The notes: generated by a model not told the origin, from the letters alone. A stretch of 64,000 nt of DNA from Chloropicon primus (GCA_023205875.1 CP060764.1:372001-436000), one strand, 5' to 3'; shown: positions 1-12,674, counted from the stretch's first letter. Numbers and translations are program-made.

Positions 1-700
1 AAAGAGGAGAAAGACACGATTCTTCGATTATTGCCCACGTAACACGCCTCACCCCCGCCTCGCGCTCGTAACGGCCGCCAAACGACGCCCAAACCGCTCC
101 AGTGCTCCGACCAGAGTTTGTTTCGTAGATGATGTAAAGTTTTGTACACGTTTTTTGAGATGCTATTCATGAAAAACCTAATTGGAAGAACAAGGCCTTT
201 CTTGATCTTTTCCATCAGCAAGAGCATCTCAACAAGGAGAACCGAGGTGCGTTACTGGTCCTTGGTGTCCTTCTCTTTTTCCAGGGAAGGCCGATTTCGT
301 GGTCTAATCCTCTCTCTCCCTTCCTCTCCCCTGCCCCTGGCCAGGTGCGTTACCTGACACCCCAGTTGAAAGTTGGGACAAAGGGCAACAAGTTGGACAA
401 AGGTAGCGCCTTTGTGAGGGATAGGTAGCTTTGGTGGAGGCAGAGAGCGGAGACGTTCGATCAGGAGTGCGAAGGGTGCCGAAAGATTCCATCTTTTTTG
501 CGGCAAGACTTCTTCTTCTTCTTCTCCAAAGCAAGAGACTCTTGTTCTTTCTTGCTCTTGTGGGTTGGGTTTTGAACAGAGGTGGGTGACGTCCTCCGAC
601 AGGGTTCGAGGGCGAGGAGGCAAGCAAGTTGGTGTCTTCCAGGCGAGGAAGCGGGGGTTGGGATTTGAGAAGAGGGAGCGTGGGCAAGGAAGGCAGCAGC

Positions 701-3457
701 ATGTCAACGAAGAGCGAGAAAGGGTCACCGACCAAGGACCCCGATGCCCCCGTGGAAGTGGCGTCCTCCGATATGGACGACCTCGAGCAGGAGGCTCAGG
801 AAGCTCACGAGATTTTGGACGAGGCGAAGGGCAAGTCCCTCCGCGAGCTTCAGAAGGAGTCCATCCGCATCGAGGAGAACGTCCTCATCGCTCAGAAGAG
901 GGTGCAGTTCCAGCGCCAGCAGCTGCAGCAGAAGCTCACGGAGGCCATGGAGGCCAAGCACTTGGATGAGAGGCAAAAGGTGCAGAGGGAAAAGATCGTG
1001 TCGAACGAGAAGAGGGAGGAGGAGGACAAGAAGAAGAGGAAGCAGTACAAGCGCGTCATCATCTCTCTCTTCGAGGAGCTCAAGATGAAGACGACCGAGC
1101 TGTTTCCCTTGATTGAGGCCAACAGTAAGAGGAACAGCCAGAGGAAAATCGTTCTGGAGAAACGCATGCAGTTCCAAGATACGGCCAAGATGCTCGAGGA
1201 GAGGGAGAAAAACGAGAGAGCCGAACTCCAGCAGTCCCACGAGCGCACCGCGAAGAACTTGGCCGTCTGGCAGGACCTGAACATGAGGCACGTCTCCTCG
1301 GAGAAGACGGAGGGCCTCCTCAGGGTGAACAGGTTGATGGCCCAGCAGCTCAGGGAGATCCAGAGGAAGGAGGCGGAGCAGCTGAGAGAGATGCAGCAGC
1401 TGAAAGCCAAGTACAAGCTCTCTGAGTTCGACACGGAGCTCGAGTTCGTGGCCGAGTACGAGCTGAAAAAAGCGGAGCAGCTCTTGATTCGAAGCCAGAA
1501 GACGAGCGGGCTGAAGAACGTGAGAAGAGAAGCGAAGAAGAACATACTCAGGCTCAGGGAGCAGGCAAAGGCGGCGAACAATTTGGAGCTCAACGCCTTG
1601 AAGGCGAAGCAGATGAAGGCCATCGAGGAGAACCGTGCCAAGGAGTTGAAAGCCTTTCAGCAAAGGGAAGCGAAGAGACTGGAGGCCTCGTTCGAGCAAG
1701 AGATTACGGTGATGGAGGGCGAGATGAAAGACAGGCTGGACGACAAGGGCTTCAACATGAGCACCTTCTCGAAGAGCACGAGCCACACGGGGGGACACTC
1801 CACGGACGCAGGCAGCCTAGGAACCAAGTCTCAATCCGGCGCGAGCGGCACTCAAGCTTCCGCAAGATCGATGGACAGCGAAAGTTCTTTGTCAGGAGGG
1901 AACGACTCGAGCGAGCAGGAGAAGCAGATGATGAAGGACGACGATATCGAATTTCGGAAGAGGGTGCAAGCCATGAGGGAGCAAGCCCAAGACGCGTTGA
2001 AGACGGCGGAGGAGAGGCTCCACAACATCGAGACGCAGAACGTGGAAATAGAGGAAGCGCTGTTCAAGTCCCACGAGGAGGAGATGGATCGAGTGAGGAC
2101 GGACTACGAGTCCAAGAGGAACATCGTCAGAAAGCACAATGAGGACGAGGTCTTGCACCTGATCAAGCAGCACGCCCAAGAAAAGAGCGACATCCAGAAG
2201 GCGCACGCAAGAGAGTTGCAACTCTTGGAGAGCTCCATAGAGCTGGAGACTCAATTGCACCAGAAATCTTTGCACAAGAGTCAGGTCGCGAGTCACGCAA
2301 AGAGCGAATTCCTTTCCTTCGTTTGCCACGAGCTGCGCAACCCGCTGTCCGCCATAGTAGCCGTGGTGGACATGCTTGTCAACAACAATCAGATGGACAT
2401 GGACGAAGACACCCAGGAGCACATCCAAAGTGTGAAACAGGAGTCAGAGCTGATGTGCGCTATCGTGAATGACGTCTTGGATTTCGCAAAGATCGAAGCA
2501 AGAATGCTTGTTCTCGAGCCGGTGGAGTTTAGCATCAAATCAATGGTCCACGACCTCGTGCGCGAGCAGAAGCTGAGTGCGAAGAAGACGAGACCCAACA
2601 TCGAGCTTGGCTTCGAAATTGACGACGAGATTCCCCAAATGATAAAGTCGGACCCCGTGAGAATCAGGCAAGTGCTCTTGAACCTCGTGTCGAACGCGGT
2701 GAAGTTCACGTACCATGGTTCCATCATGCTGAGCCTGAAGTGCGGGCTTGCAACTGGGCCGGACACGATGATGTTGGAGTTCTCGGTCAAGGACACCGGC
2801 GTCGGCATCGACAAGGAGAGCCTGGAGCACATCTTTGCTGCATTTTCCCAGGCAAAGCCGTCGATCACGAGAGAATTCGGTGGAACTGGCCTGGGCCTCA
2901 GTATTTCCAAGTCCTTGGTCGAGAGGCTTGGCGGAAAAATTTTCGTGGAGAGCGAGCAGAACCAGGGCACGACTTTCTCCTTCACTGTGGAGGCGAAGAT
3001 TGTTACTAAAGATGAGAGCTCTAAAGGGGATGAAGAGAAAGAGGATGCGAAGGAGGAAGATGACTTCCCTCAGGGCATCAATCTCCTCATCGTGGAGGAC
3101 TCCGCCACCCTTAGGCGCTTGTGGTCCAAGCTTCTCATTGAGCAGGGTTGCGTTGTCTCTGCCGCGGGCAACGGCCAGGAGGCCCTCGACAAGTGCGCCG
3201 AAACAAAGTACGACGTCATCCTCATGGACATCACGATGCCGGTGATGTCGGGAGACGAGGCTGTTAAAAGGCTGAGAGAATCGGGCTGGGACCAGGCCGT
3301 CATCGCGCTCACGGCGAACGCAATGGAATCGGACAAGCTCAAGTACTTGGAGGCAGGTATGGACGCCGTTCTCACCAAGCCTTGCAGGATGGACAACCTG
3401 AAGAAAGTGATTGTTGAGCAGCTCATCAAGAGACGAAACCCAATCGTCAAGATGTAA
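701..3457 (+). CDS. Hybrid histidine kinase (long N-terminal coiled coil, HisKA, HATPase_c, receiver)
   Basis: Intronless ORF, first ATG at 701. H-box FVCHELRNPL, N-box QVLLNLVSNAVKFT, G1 DTGVGI, G2 GGTGLGLSI, receiver ILMDITMPVMSG...ALTANA...TKP. Confidence 0.93.
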   Translation: MSTKSEKGSPTKDPDAPVEVASSDMDDLEQEAQEAHEILDEAKGKSLRELQKESIRIEENVLIAQKRVQFQRQQLQQKLTEAMEAKHLDERQKVQREKIVSNEKREEEDKKKRKQYKRVIISLFEELKMKTTELFPLIEANSKRNSQRKIVLEKRMQFQDTAKMLEEREKNERAELQQSHERTAKNLAVWQDLNMRHVSSEKTEGLLRVNRLMAQQLREIQRKEAEQLREMQQLKAKYKLSEFDTELEFVAEYELKKAEQLLIRSQKTSGLKNVRREAKKNILRLREQAKAANNLELNALKAKQMKAIEENRAKELKAFQQREAKRLEASFEQEITVMEGEMKDRLDDKGFNMSTFSKSTSHTGGHSTDAGSLGTKSQSGASGTQASARSMDSESSLSGGNDSSEQEKQMMKDDDIEFRKRVQAMREQAQDALKTAEERLHNIETQNVEIEEALFKSHEEEMDRVRTDYESKRNIVRKHNEDEVLHLIKQHAQEKSDIQKAHARELQLLESSIELETQLHQKSLHKSQVASHAKSEFLSFVCHELRNPLSAIVAVVDMLVNNNQMDMDEDTQEHIQSVKQESELMCAIVNDVLDFAKIEARMLVLEPVEFSIKSMVHDLVREQKLSAKKTRPNIELGFEIDDEIPQMIKSDPVRIRQVLLNLVSNAVKFTYHGSIMLSLKCGLATGPDTMMLEFSVKDTGVGIDKESLEHIFAAFSQAKPSITREFGGTGLGLSISKSLVERLGGKIFVESEQNQGTTFSFTVEAKIVTKDESSKGDEEKEDAKEEDDFPQGINLLIVEDSATLRRLWSKLLIEQGCVVSAAGNGQEALDKCAETKYDVILMDITMPVMSGDEAVKRLRESGWDQAVIALTANAMESDKLKYLEAGMDAVLTKPCRMDNLKKVIVEQLIKRRNPIVKM

Positions 3458-3786
3458 GAGAGACCAGCGTGTCTCTGACCCCAGGTGCCTCAAGGGGGCG
3501 CCTCTATCTCTTGTACATTTTCATTATCCATAAAGTAAGTGTTTGTATAATGTTTCATGCTGAAGAAAGTTCTTGCGTTGTGTTCCCGAATAATGATAAG
3601 GATGATGATAATGTGCCCGTGCCCTCACACTCACAACGATCCGTCTCTCTCTCTCTCCCTCTCTCCCTGTGTCTCTCTCTCTGCCCTGGCTCGGCTCCCA
3701 ATCCTCCAGAGCAGGGATCTCTTCGGCTTCATACCCCTGGCGGAGCCGACGACCGAGGAGACCGAGGAGACCGAGGAGGGGGAAGG

Positions 3787-4468
3787 ATGCCAAGCGACGA
3801 GGTGGAGGGGCGAGGAGGTGGGAGGGACAAGGAGGTCGACATCGAGACCTTCGGCAAGATGGTTGACAAGCTGGGGAAGCGACTTGGCAAAGTTCTCGAC
3901 CAGTACGACGCGAAGACGTTGGAGGACGAGGTAAGGAATGAATGACCCTGCTGGTGTGCTTGTGCGTGCGTGCGTGCGTGCGAGGAGTGTTCGAGAATGC
4001 CGAGTCTCGGGACTGGTCTTTCCCTCGCTGACGTTTCGCTTCGCATCGCGCTTTTGTCCGTGCCTGATGCTCGTCGCAGTGCTCGCCGGGCGAGCGGGCG
4101 CGCCTGAATTTGGTGCTGGCCAAGGCCATCAACATCCTGTACTCGATGCACTTGCAGTGCAAGGGGATCGGAAAGGACGAGCACCCGATGCTGAGGGACT
4201 TGAAGCGAGTAGATGCCATGCTCGGCCTGGTGGACGACTCCCTGCGGCAACGGGAGGAGGGGGGGAAGAAGGCCAAGGGGGTGAGTGACAGAGTGGTGAG
4301 AGTTTTTTGATACTTTTGGTCGCCGGCGTCGATGATGCGTGCGCGCGTGCGTGTTCCGTGTCGGTGCGCTGAGCTGACGAACCGATTCATCGATCCTCGC
4401 TTCTTTCGCGCGCCTTGCTCCCACAGAAGCGAAGGGAGAACCCGAAGAGGAAGCGGAGTAATGATTAG
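3787..4468 (+). CDS. C1D/Rrp47 (Sas10/Utp3/C1D family) nucleic-acid-binding protein
   Basis: Exons 3787-3930, 4080-4280, 4427-4468 joined by GT-AG introns give ERARLNLVLAKAINILYSMHLQCKGIGKDEHPMLRDLKRV, resembling the C1D core, followed by a basic tail. Confidence 0.7.
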
Positions 4469-5699
4469 GTGGCGCCGGGCAGCCAGCAGTGGGAGTGGGG
4501 ACCGGGGCTGCTGAGGGTGGGCACGCTGCCGCGACAGAGAAGAGGGAGTGGCACATGTGGCACATGTATTAAGCGTTCTTGTAACAATGCGATCCACAGG
4601 AGCAGCAACGAGTCGTCATCGCCACCCTCATCATCACCGTGTGAGAGCGGCGAGCGAAGTTGAAACGGGAAAAACGAAAAAGCGCGAGCAACTCAAACAA
4701 GGCCGTCATTCCGCCTTGGATCACATGATTGATTTCCCAACCATGATGCCATGATGTCTGAGAGAGCCCGCTGTCGGACCCGGTGGATGGGCCGCCGTGA
4801 CAGAACCAACCCGGTCGTTTTTTCGTGTCGTGTCGTGATGATCAGTCCCGAGTGTTTTTTTTTGTCGTGATCGGTCAGGAGCGTGGGCGAGCGTGGGCGC
4901 GGTCCTCCGGCTTGTCACCCTCACGGCCGTTTATCCTGAACCTCGTCACCAAGGCGGCGCTCGCTGGCAACCCCGGTCCTCCTCTAACGCTTCCACTGGA
5001 CGTCCAACGCAATGGGGAAGGTATCCGAACGAATTGTGGATCGGATCAAGATCGTTGAGGAAGAAAGGGAACGTCCCCCATTGCCCTGCGTTGTCCTGTC
5101 ATCAGGCAAAAGAGGTGCCTGGTGTCCACCTGGCGAGCAAGGGCCAATCGAGGCGGCGCAAGGGCCCCTCTTCCCCCTCAAGCCTTAACAAGCAATATCT
5201 ACTCTGCGGCCGCCTCAAATGCAAATCCCTCGCCTCTCGAACGTATTCACATTTGAACTTTTCAACTTTTCCGAAACTCAAATCCTCGTTGTTTCATGTG
5301 TTTCGAACGTCTACTGTAGAATGTTCGAAGTTTTCTGAAATTCATATTCTCAGGGAGGCGTGTTTTTTTCTCTCTGGCGACCCAGCAGCCACAGAGCAGC
5401 GGTCACACGTTCGGGTTCCGCAGAAGAGAGGAGAGCACGACGAGAACTTGTACCCCGTAACCTTCACCAAGCGTAAAAGAAGAAAGACAAAGGTGAGAAA
5501 GAGAGCCTCTAGTTCATGCGCCTTGTGCTTTCGGTTGCTGACCACGACTTTGCTTCTCCTTGTTCTCTCTCCCGTCTGCGTGATTTGATTCTGCTGTCTT
5601 GACCGTCCGTGATCTTCTTCTTCTTCTCTCTCTCTGGGGAATTGGGTTCTTATTCTTCTTCCTCCTTTCGTTGTGTTGTGGCGAACCGACAATTGAAAG

Positions 5700-6725
5700 A
5701 TGCTCACGCCAAGCTTTTACACTTCCACCGCCCTCAAGGGGTTCAACCAGACGAACAAGGTCGCGCCTGAGGCCACCTTCGTTGCGTCCGTCGCGGAGCC
5801 AGTGATCGCTTCCGGAAAGGACAACTCGAGCCTGAAGTTCTTCGCCGATCTCGCGGCTGGTGGTGTCTCCGGAGGAATCTCCAAGACCCTCGTCGCCCCG
5901 ATCGAGAGAGTGAAGCTCCTGATCCAGACCCAGGACGCCAACCCAGATATCATCTCTGGAAAGGTTCCAAGGTACACGGGAGTTGTCAACTGCTTCTCCC
6001 GTGTCGCCGCGGAGCAGGGAATCGGTTCCTTCTGGAGAGGTAACTTGGCCAACGTTGTGAGATACTTCCCAACCCAGGCCTTCAACTTCGCCTTCAAGGA
6101 TACCATCAAGGGATTCTTCCCAAAGTACAACCCACAGACCGAGTTCTTCCCATTCTTCATGACCAACTTGGCCAGTGGTGGTCTCGCCGGTGCCGCCTCC
6201 TTGACCATTGTGTACCCACTCGATTTCGCCAGAACCCGTCTGGCCGCCGATGTCGGCTCCGGAGGAAAGAGAGAGTTCTCTGGACTCGTTGATTGCTTGA
6301 CCAAGACCGCTGGTAGGGGAGGACCCCTTGCCTTGTACCAGGGATTCGGAGTCTCTGTCCAGGGTATTGTTGTGTACAGAGGAGCCTACTTCGGACTTTA
6401 TGACACTGCCAAGGCTGCCATCTTCGGAGAGAACGAGAAGGACGCCGGAATTATCGCCAAGTGGGCCGTCGCTCAGGCCGTGACTATTGCTAGTGGTATC
6501 GTCTCCTACCCATTCGACACCGTCAGAAGAAGACTTATGATGCAGTCTGGTGCCAAGGAGAAGTTGTACAACGGAACTTTGGACTGCTGGGCCAAGATCG
6601 CCAAGAACGAGGGTACGGGAGCCTTCTTCAAGGGAGCCTTCTCCAACGTTCTTCGTGGAACCGGTGGAGCCCTTGTCCTCGTTATGTACGACGAGATCAA
6701 GAAGGTCATCGAAGCTTCTCTCTAA
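5700..6725 (+). CDS. AAC: Mitochondrial ADP/ATP carrier
   Basis: Three carrier repeats (APIERVK, YPLDFAR, YPFDTVR), [14 protein letters not shown] and the RRRLMM signature. Strong codon bias. Confidence 0.97.
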   Translation: MLTPSFYTSTALKGFNQTNKVAPEATFVASVAEPVIASGKDNSSLKFFADLAAGGVSGGISKTLVAPIERVKLLIQTQDANPDIISGKVPRYTGVVNCFSRVAAEQGIGSFWRGNLANVVRYFPTQAFNFAFKDTIKGFFPKYNPQTEFFPFFMTNLASGGLAGAASLTIVYPLDFARTRLAADVGSGGKREFSGLVDCLTKTAGRGGPLALYQGFGVSVQGIVVYRGAYFGLYDTAKAAIFGENEKDAGIIAKWAVAQAVTIASGIVSYPFDTVRRRLMMQSGAKEKLYNGTLDCWAKIAKNEGTGAFFKGAFSNVLRGTGGALVLVMYDEIKKVIEASL

Positions 6726-6934
6726 GCCACAATAATTAGGAAGCGAGCTCGCGCTTGACAAGAAAGAGTAGTCTCAAACTTTTGAAGTGAACACGGCTGG
6801 TGGTTTTAGCCAAACGTAGGTGTGCGTTAAGACCAAAGCTAGTGCAAAGCAAATTCTTTTTTTTTCAAGAACCAAAAAAACTCCTCCTCGTGCTCCGTCG
6901 CTCCCCCGCGAAAAAAAAGAAGACCAGAGGCCCC

Positions 6935-7861
6935 TTACTGCTCGTACTTCCTGAGGAACTCGTCCACGTCGAACTTGGGCACCAGCATGACTTTCAGCTG
7001 GTTCCAGATTTGGATCACGAGAGCGACCTTGAAGCTGAGGAAGCCCAAAACCATCGCTGCGGGCGGGAGGACCTCCTGCCCCGCGAGGTGGTTCACGGCA
7101 CCGGCCGCGGCTCCCAGGCCAGCTGGAATCAGCATCCTCTGCTTCAGGCCTTGCTTCAGCGGGCCGGACAACTGCATCTTTGCTCTGAGGTACTCGTTGG
7201 GCTCCCTTTCCGACAGAGAAAAGGTCTTCTCCGGAGGAAGCTTTTTCCTTATCCTCTCCATGGGCAAGGACACGTACGGAACGTAGTCCAAAGGCAGCTC
7301 GTCGATCTCCCTCAGCAGCGACTTTAGGTAGAAGAAAGAGCCCACTGCCCCGAGAGCCGAGCCCACCGCTGCCTCTGTGGACCAAACGAGGAAGAAGTAC
7401 ACGGACACGCCGACGCCAGCGATGGTAGCTTGCGTCATTACCTGGTCCTTGAGCTCGGCGTACTCGGCCATCCCTTCCTTGTACTTCTCTGAATTTTCCA
7501 CCTCGAACGCCGTCGAAACCTCCGAGGAGACTTCGGGACTGCCAAGCGCATCCTCGCTCCCCCCCTCCGAAGGCGTCGCATCAATCTCAACGGCGCGAGT
7601 CCTGTGCTGACTTCGGCCCCTCCTCGGCTCCAAGACGCTGAGAGGCCTCCCGAATATCTTCCCGCTCGCTGAGCACCGTCCCGCCGCCGCCTCGACAACG
7701 CCGCCGCACCCAACGCTCAACCCTTTCTGCCTGCCTGCACTCGCCCGCGCCCTCCTCGTCCTTGCTGACGTCACCACGAGGCCTCTCCAACATCCGTGCT
7801 CGCTCGTGCTGGCTGCTGAAGGAAAACCGCCACAGTTTGAGTCCCTCACACCGCACCTCAT
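6935..7861 (-). CDS. CGL160/Atp1(UncI)-like plastid ATP synthase assembly factor
   Basis: Transit-peptide-like Arg/Ser/Ala-rich N-terminus followed by a 4-TM domain (YAELKDQV...GAVGSFFYLKSL...QRMLIPAGL...LGFLSFKVAL). Confidence 0.65.
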   Translation of the reverse strand: MRCGVRDSNCGGFPSAASTSEHGCWRGLVVTSARTRRARASAGRQKGLSVGCGGVVEAAAGRCSASGKIFGRPLSVLEPRRGRSQHRTRAVEIDATPSEGGSEDALGSPEVSSEVSTAFEVENSEKYKEGMAEYAELKDQVMTQATIAGVGVSVYFFLVWSTEAAVGSALGAVGSFFYLKSLLREIDELPLDYVPYVSLPMERIRKKLPPEKTFSLSEREPNEYLRAKMQLSGPLKQGLKQRMLIPAGLGAAAGAVNHLAGQEVLPPAAMVLGFLSFKVALVIQIWNQLKVMLVPKFDVDEFLRKYEQ

Positions 7862-8427
7862 CCTCGGTCTGAACCTTGGCCACGCGACCACGGGAACGAT
7901 CTAGTTGTGGACTTTCCGCCCGACACTCCCTCCACCGCTTCACCCGTCCCCCAAACGCTCCTTCCCCTCTCCGGTCTCGCCTCCCTCTGCCACTGGGAAC
8001 GCCACACCTCGCCTCGCTCCTCGTCCAGTCGTGGCCCAATCTCGACAAGCGACAGCTCTTTGGAAAGATCTCAAGACGTAGCTTGGTTTGGTGGAACCCT
8101 TATGCCGACCCTCTCCCTCTCTCGTCCACGCTCTGCCTCGACGCGTGTCCCTCTGCGGCCCACCTTGACCGCGTTATCCATTCGTCGATCTCCTGTGGAG
8201 GGGCGTTCATCCCAAGGGAAGGAAAAGGAGGGAGCTCAGGGGAGGAGGTAAGGCTTGGGCAATGGCAATGCTTTGCTTTGGACGGCGAGGACGGCCAAGT
8301 GAGGTGTGGACAGGGGTTCAGATGGAAGCATTGTCTTTGCCTTTATCGAAAATGTGGTTGGTAAAGACGTGGGGTGAAGTGGTGAGGACGTGAGGGAACT
8401 GAAACACGAGAGGTGTTCTGCCTCTGG

Positions 8428-8486
<59 letters not shown>

Positions 8487-8537
8487 CAATCCTTGCGAGC
8501 CAGGTTGGCTGGAAGTGGTTTTGGCAAGTGGGTGGCG

Positions 8538-10107
8538 ATGAAAGGTTCCGGGACGCACGAGTACAAAGCCGTGGGAATTGATGTGTACTCTGCAGTCCAA
8601 GGTGAGCGGAAGGGAGGACGACCAGAGGCCAACAGTTGTTTGATGATGGCCAGGGCATTGACAAGCTGACCTGTCTCTGTCGACTGTGTGTGTGTTTGTG
8701 TGTGTGTGTCTGTTTCTTCTTGATTCCAAGGTCAAAGCGTCTTCTTGAACACAAGCTATGGCCGTGTTCACGTCCTGGTGAGTGCATTGAACCGGCGTTC
8801 CGGTTGGTGTGGAGCTCTCTCTCTCTCTCTTCGGCGAACGTTTCGGCTCCCCGAGCTCCCTTTCTTCCTCCTTCCTGACGCTAACTCGCCTACTGTCTTC
8901 TCTGTCTTGCTGCGTAAAGGTGTCTGGGGACACGAGCAAGCCTGCTTGTGTGACGTACCACGAGGTCGGAGTGAACTCCAGGACGTGCTTCCAGGGTTTC
9001 TTCTCGGCAAGCGAGCCAAAGAAGTCCCTCCTCCTCAAGTCGTTTTGCTTCTACCACGTGGACTTTCCGGGCTGCGAGGGCGAGGATGTGGCCGGCCAGG
9101 GTGATGCGGTAAACTCCTGCGATTCTTTGACCCTAGAGCAGGCGAGCATACAAGTCGGAGAAGCCATGAAGCAGCTCAACATCAAGAAGGCGCTTGGCAT
9201 GGGTGTTGGGGCCGGGGCGTACATCTTGTGCAAGGCGGCCATCGCGTTTCCTGCATCCTTTTCTGGCCTCGTGCTGCTTTCACCGTGCTGCCAGAAGGCC
9301 ACTTGGTGGGAGTACGCCTTTGGAAAGATGCTGCTGAACTCCCTTTGGTACCACGGTAAGAAGACGCGGTGCTTGCACTCCACTCCTGAGTTGAGATGAT
9401 TCGTCCTTCTGACCACCACATGTTCTCTTCCCTGACTCCTCGCTTGCTCCTCGGAACCACGAACAGGTTGGAACTCAAAGTTTGCGCACCGGCACCTGTA
9501 CGAGAGATTATTCAGCAGCAAGGTCGTGGAAGCGGATGGTTACGGAGTCTCTGACCTTCTTTTCACATTCAACCAGGAGGTGGAGAAGATCGACCCCAAG
9601 GCGATCGCCAGGTACCTGCAAGCGGTGCTTCGGAGGCAAGACATCTTGAAAGAGGTGAGTGCCCCCTGAGAGCAACAATTTTCCCTCTCGGTGAAGACTG
9701 CTGTGTGCTCGAGGCGCTAACGTGTCGTGTGGTCCCCACCACCACCATTCACTGTCAATATCAGATGAAGCGACTCAAGAGCCATGTTTTGCTCTTCTCC
9801 TGCATGGACTCGATCTACAACAAGGAAACTTTAGAGATGAACCTGAAGCTGGACCACAGCAAGTCAGACTACATCGAGGTCTTTGACAGCGGCACTCTGG
9901 TCACCGAGCAGCTCCCACAGGTAAGCGCTTGCACGCTCCCCTTTATACTTATTACTATTACACACGAGAAGTGTGAAGGGCGGCCACCCCCTCTTCCCTC
10001 GGACTTATACTTATCTTTTCGGGCTTGACTTTGGATCATCGCAGGAGACTCTTGGACCCATTGACCAGTTCGTCAAGCTTCTGCACCAGCGAGGTTTGTG
10101 CCGATGA
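8538..10107 (+). CDS. NDRG/NDL family alpha/beta-hydrolase-fold protein
   Basis: Six exons: 8538-8601, 8731-8777, 8920-9355, 9467-9654, 9765-9920, 10045-10107. Motifs TSYGRVHV, KPACVTYHEVGVN..CFQGFF, YHVDFPG, GMGVGAGAYIL, GLVLLSP. Confidence 0.85.
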
Positions 10108-10118
10108 CCACCACTCGG

Positions 10119-10836
10119 TTACTCCACGCCAGCGGCCTCTTTCATCATTTGGACAAAGGTCGTGTAGTCCACTAGCGCGAGAAGAAAGTTCAAGAAGGCC
10201 CCGTTCATGTCCTCCTCGTCGCCCTTTTCAGCAGCCTGAGAAGCGTGAGTAGGGAGGGTTTTTGTCAGGCATCAGAAACAAGGGGGCCGAGGGGGAGGGA
10301 GTGACCCGCTTACCTCTTGACAGGCTTGCATGAACTGGTCGGACGTGTAGTTTTTGGTCGAAAGGAAGCTCTCGAGCTTCTCTTCGAAGAGGCCTTGGTA
10401 TTTTTGATACAACTCGGTGTACCTAAAGAGAGAACGAAAACCCAATTGTAATTGTAACACCCAAGAACCAGGCAGAGTGTGTCCAGCCAGTGTCAGTAAA
10501 CTTTCGTTGCGAGCTAGCCTCGTAACCCACACCCTTCGTTCGTCGTCGTGCTCTTGTCTTACTCTAGTTTGTGCTCGTCCGAGTCTGTGAAAACGCCGCA
10601 GTTCTCCTTGGCAAACGTCTGCAGAAGGCATCGAATTGTGTCAGTACCTCGACCCACTGCGAAGAACTCTCATGACCAGGCGGCCACCGACCCTCTTCTC
10701 ACCCGAACAAGCGGGGAAACGAACCCCAGGCAGGGTGGCCTTGAAACCCACAAGAGAGACTTACCTCGAGAGAGTTGCCAAAGGCCTCGTCCTCGAACAG
10801 GAACTCGGCCACATCTTCGATAATGGTTCCACTCAT
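10119..10836 (-). CDS. BART-domain (ARL2BP/CFAP36-like) protein
   Basis: Exons 10836-10765, 10618-10563, 10422-10314, 10235-10119 give FAKENCGVFTDSDEHKLEYTELYQKYQGLFEEKLESFL...LLALVDYTTFVQMMKE. Confidence 0.85.
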
Positions 10837-11527
10837 CACGTGAAAGGCAGCAATTGGCTTCAGTCTGCAGTCTAACCTTGGTCTAACTCTCTCGGGATGC
10901 AGGCGAACCAAGCAGAAGCTCTTCCAGGCTTGCTCCTCCACCAAAAAGTAAAAACAACCGTTTTCTGCACACCACAGGTGGTCTCCGCACCCAACCGAGG
11001 GCAAGATCAAAAGCTCGTGAGATGAAGTTTCGTGTTGTTTCGATCTTTTCTTCCCCTTTTCCCTCGTTCTTGCTCCCCTCCGCCTTGTCCTCCGCCTTGT
11101 CCTCAATCCAGTAAAGCGCCAGGTCTCTTGCTCCAAAGTGGCTCCAGTTTGAGCCAAAACCTTGGGCAAGCCGCGTGGGGGCGAGCGAGGGGTCTCTGGA
11201 CGGAGGAGGACGAGTTTGGTCGCAGGACGGAGGGGAGACGGGAGAGAGAGGAAGTTCAGGCGAAAGTACGTCTCACGGTCTTTCCAAAGAGCCGTCGCTT
11301 GAGTCGTTTGGCGCACGGTGTGAAGGGGAAGGGCCGTTTTGCTGCTGCGGAGATCCCAAAGCCGAGGGAAGGGAGAGAGGAGACCCAAGGAGGAGGACGA
11401 GAGGGAGAGAGCGGAGAGAGGCGCCTCGTGTGAAGGACCTTGACCTTTCAATTGGAGCGTTGGCCTTGGTTGACGCGGTGTCGGACGGATAGAACTGCCA
11501 GATAGCCGCTATCTATCTGTTGCCACC

Positions 11528-12674
11528 ATGGGAGAAGGAGACGAGTCACAGAGGGAGACGCCAGTGAAGGTCAGGCCGCAGCCGGGAGCGAAGCGAACGA
11601 AGAGGATACTCGTCACGGGAGGGGCAGGCTTCGTGGGAAGCCACGTGTGCGAGTATCTTGTGAACAGGGGAGACGACGTAAGTGGCTGGAAGGGAATTCC
11701 TGGGGGCATGGAGAGAGACTCCCTCTTGCTCTTGCGTGTGGAGGATGGAACAACAGCTGACCACCCGACGCGTGTTTTCTTTTTTTTTCGTCTTTCGTTA
11801 GGTCATATGCCTGGACAACTTCTTCACGGGAGCCAAGGATAACATCAAGCACTTGGTCGGAAAGCCAAACTTCGAAGTGATAAGGCACGACGTGGTGGAG
11901 CCGATACTGCTTGAGGTGGACCAGATCTACCACCTGGCCTGCCCGGCTTCGCCCATACACTACAAGTACAACCCGGTGAAGACGATCAAGACGAGCGTGC
12001 TGGGGACGCTGAACATGCTTGGGTTGGCCAAGAGAGTCAAGGCCAGGTTTTTGCTCTCGAGCACGAGCGAGGTCTACGGCGACCCGTTGCAGCACCCGCA
12101 GACGGAGGATTACTGGGGCAACGTCAACCCCATCGGGGAGAGGGCTTGCTACGACGAAGGAAAGCGGGTAGCGGAGACTCTGTCGTTCGACTATTATAGA
12201 GAGCACGGAATCGAGATCAGGGTGGCGAGGATCTTCAACACGTACGGCCCGAAGATGTCCCTCGACGACGGCCGGGTGGTGAGCAACTTCCTGGCGCAGG
12301 CTCTCAGGGGGACCCCCTTGACGATATACGGCGACGGGAAGCAGACGAGGTCCTTCCAGTACATCTCGGACCTCGTGCAGGGCCTCGTCACGCTGATGGA
12401 CGGGGACCACACCGGACCCATCAACATCGGCAACCCCGGGGAGTTCACCATGCTGGAGCTGGCGGAGATGATCAAGGAGGTCGTCACCCCCCTCCTTCCA
12501 TCGGACGTCCCCGCGCCCTCTATCGTCTTCAAGGAGAACACGTCGGACGACCCTCAGAAGAGGAAGCCGGACATCACCAAGGCGAAGACCCTGCTCCAGT
12601 GGGAGCCCAAAGTCGCGCTCAAGGACGGCCTCGCCATGATGATCGAGGACTTCAGAGCCCGCTTGGGGGTCTGA
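11528..12674 (+). CDS. UXS: UDP-glucuronate decarboxylase (UDP-xylose synthase)
   Basis: Exons 11528-11677 and 11802-12674. [38 protein letters not shown]. Confidence 0.96.

Noticed and set aside
4500..5450. Intergenic stretch inspected for snRNA/snoRNA/SRP RNA or a gene (ORF 4893-5588)
   Set aside because: No convincing RNA family motif or coding signature by eye; an Infernal search would be needed.
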